Shown: in pieces, positions 54,507-54,566 of the stretch
How the letters are laid out: every line of letters starts with the position of its first letter
Numbering within the stretch: position 1 is the stretch's first letter
Source: a virus
Lineage: Duplodnaviria > Caudoviricetes
Reading direction: 5' to 3' (one strand)
Length of the DNA stretch: 54,566 bases
IMG/VR virus record: IMGVR_UViG_3300021368_000438
Coordinates: 1-54,566 of that record
Position numbers and translations under genes: made by a program
Notes under the pieces: generated by a model
The model's input: only the letters and a program-made list of their open reading frames with translations
Told to the model about the DNA's origin: nothing
The model's database searches: none

Positions 54507-54566
54507 ATGAAATTCAAACCAAGTAACACGGGCGCGTTGATGAGCGACGGCCCAAGCAAGACAATG
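54507..54566 (+). CDS. 5' fragment of a divergently transcribed gene
   Basis: AAGGAG RBS then MKFKPSNTGALMS..., truncated by the window edge. Confidence 0.55.
   Translation, partial: MKFKPSNTGALMSDGPSKTM

Overview
The window is most of a temperate, podovirus-like tailed phage genome in unintegrated (attP) form. A marine alphaproteobacterial host is inferred from gene content, not proven. Bases 13-37.8k form a leftward late arm: terS, terL, portal, tail fibres, scaffold, a cluster of tiny basic peptides, major capsid, tail tube/adaptor, four large ejection proteins including a 3296-aa polyvalent-type protein, and a lysis cassette. Bases 37.9-50.4k form a rightward early arm: small ORFs, a CobS-like AAA+ plus CobT-like VWA pair, a P-loop kinase, a LuxR-type HTH and a tyrosine integrase. 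Bases 50.4-54.4k form a leftward replication module: Cro-like HTH, Prim-Pol/helicase, HTH-Zn protein and resolvase. The main observations are: (1) the integrase ORF reads through a complete antisense tRNA-Thr(GGT) flanked by arm-site-like repeats, suggesting an Mx8-style C-terminus-swapping attP; (2) seven copies of a late-promoter-like motif AGGACGA(C/T)-N18/19-(-10), one coupled to an RBS-occluding hairpin and one to a terminator; (3) six translationally coupled Lys-rich micro-proteins near the capsid genes; (4) a tail gene split by one in-frame TAG; (5) zincin, ART and PSBD-like modules in the giant virion protein. All product calls come from motif recognition and synteny; no searches were run.
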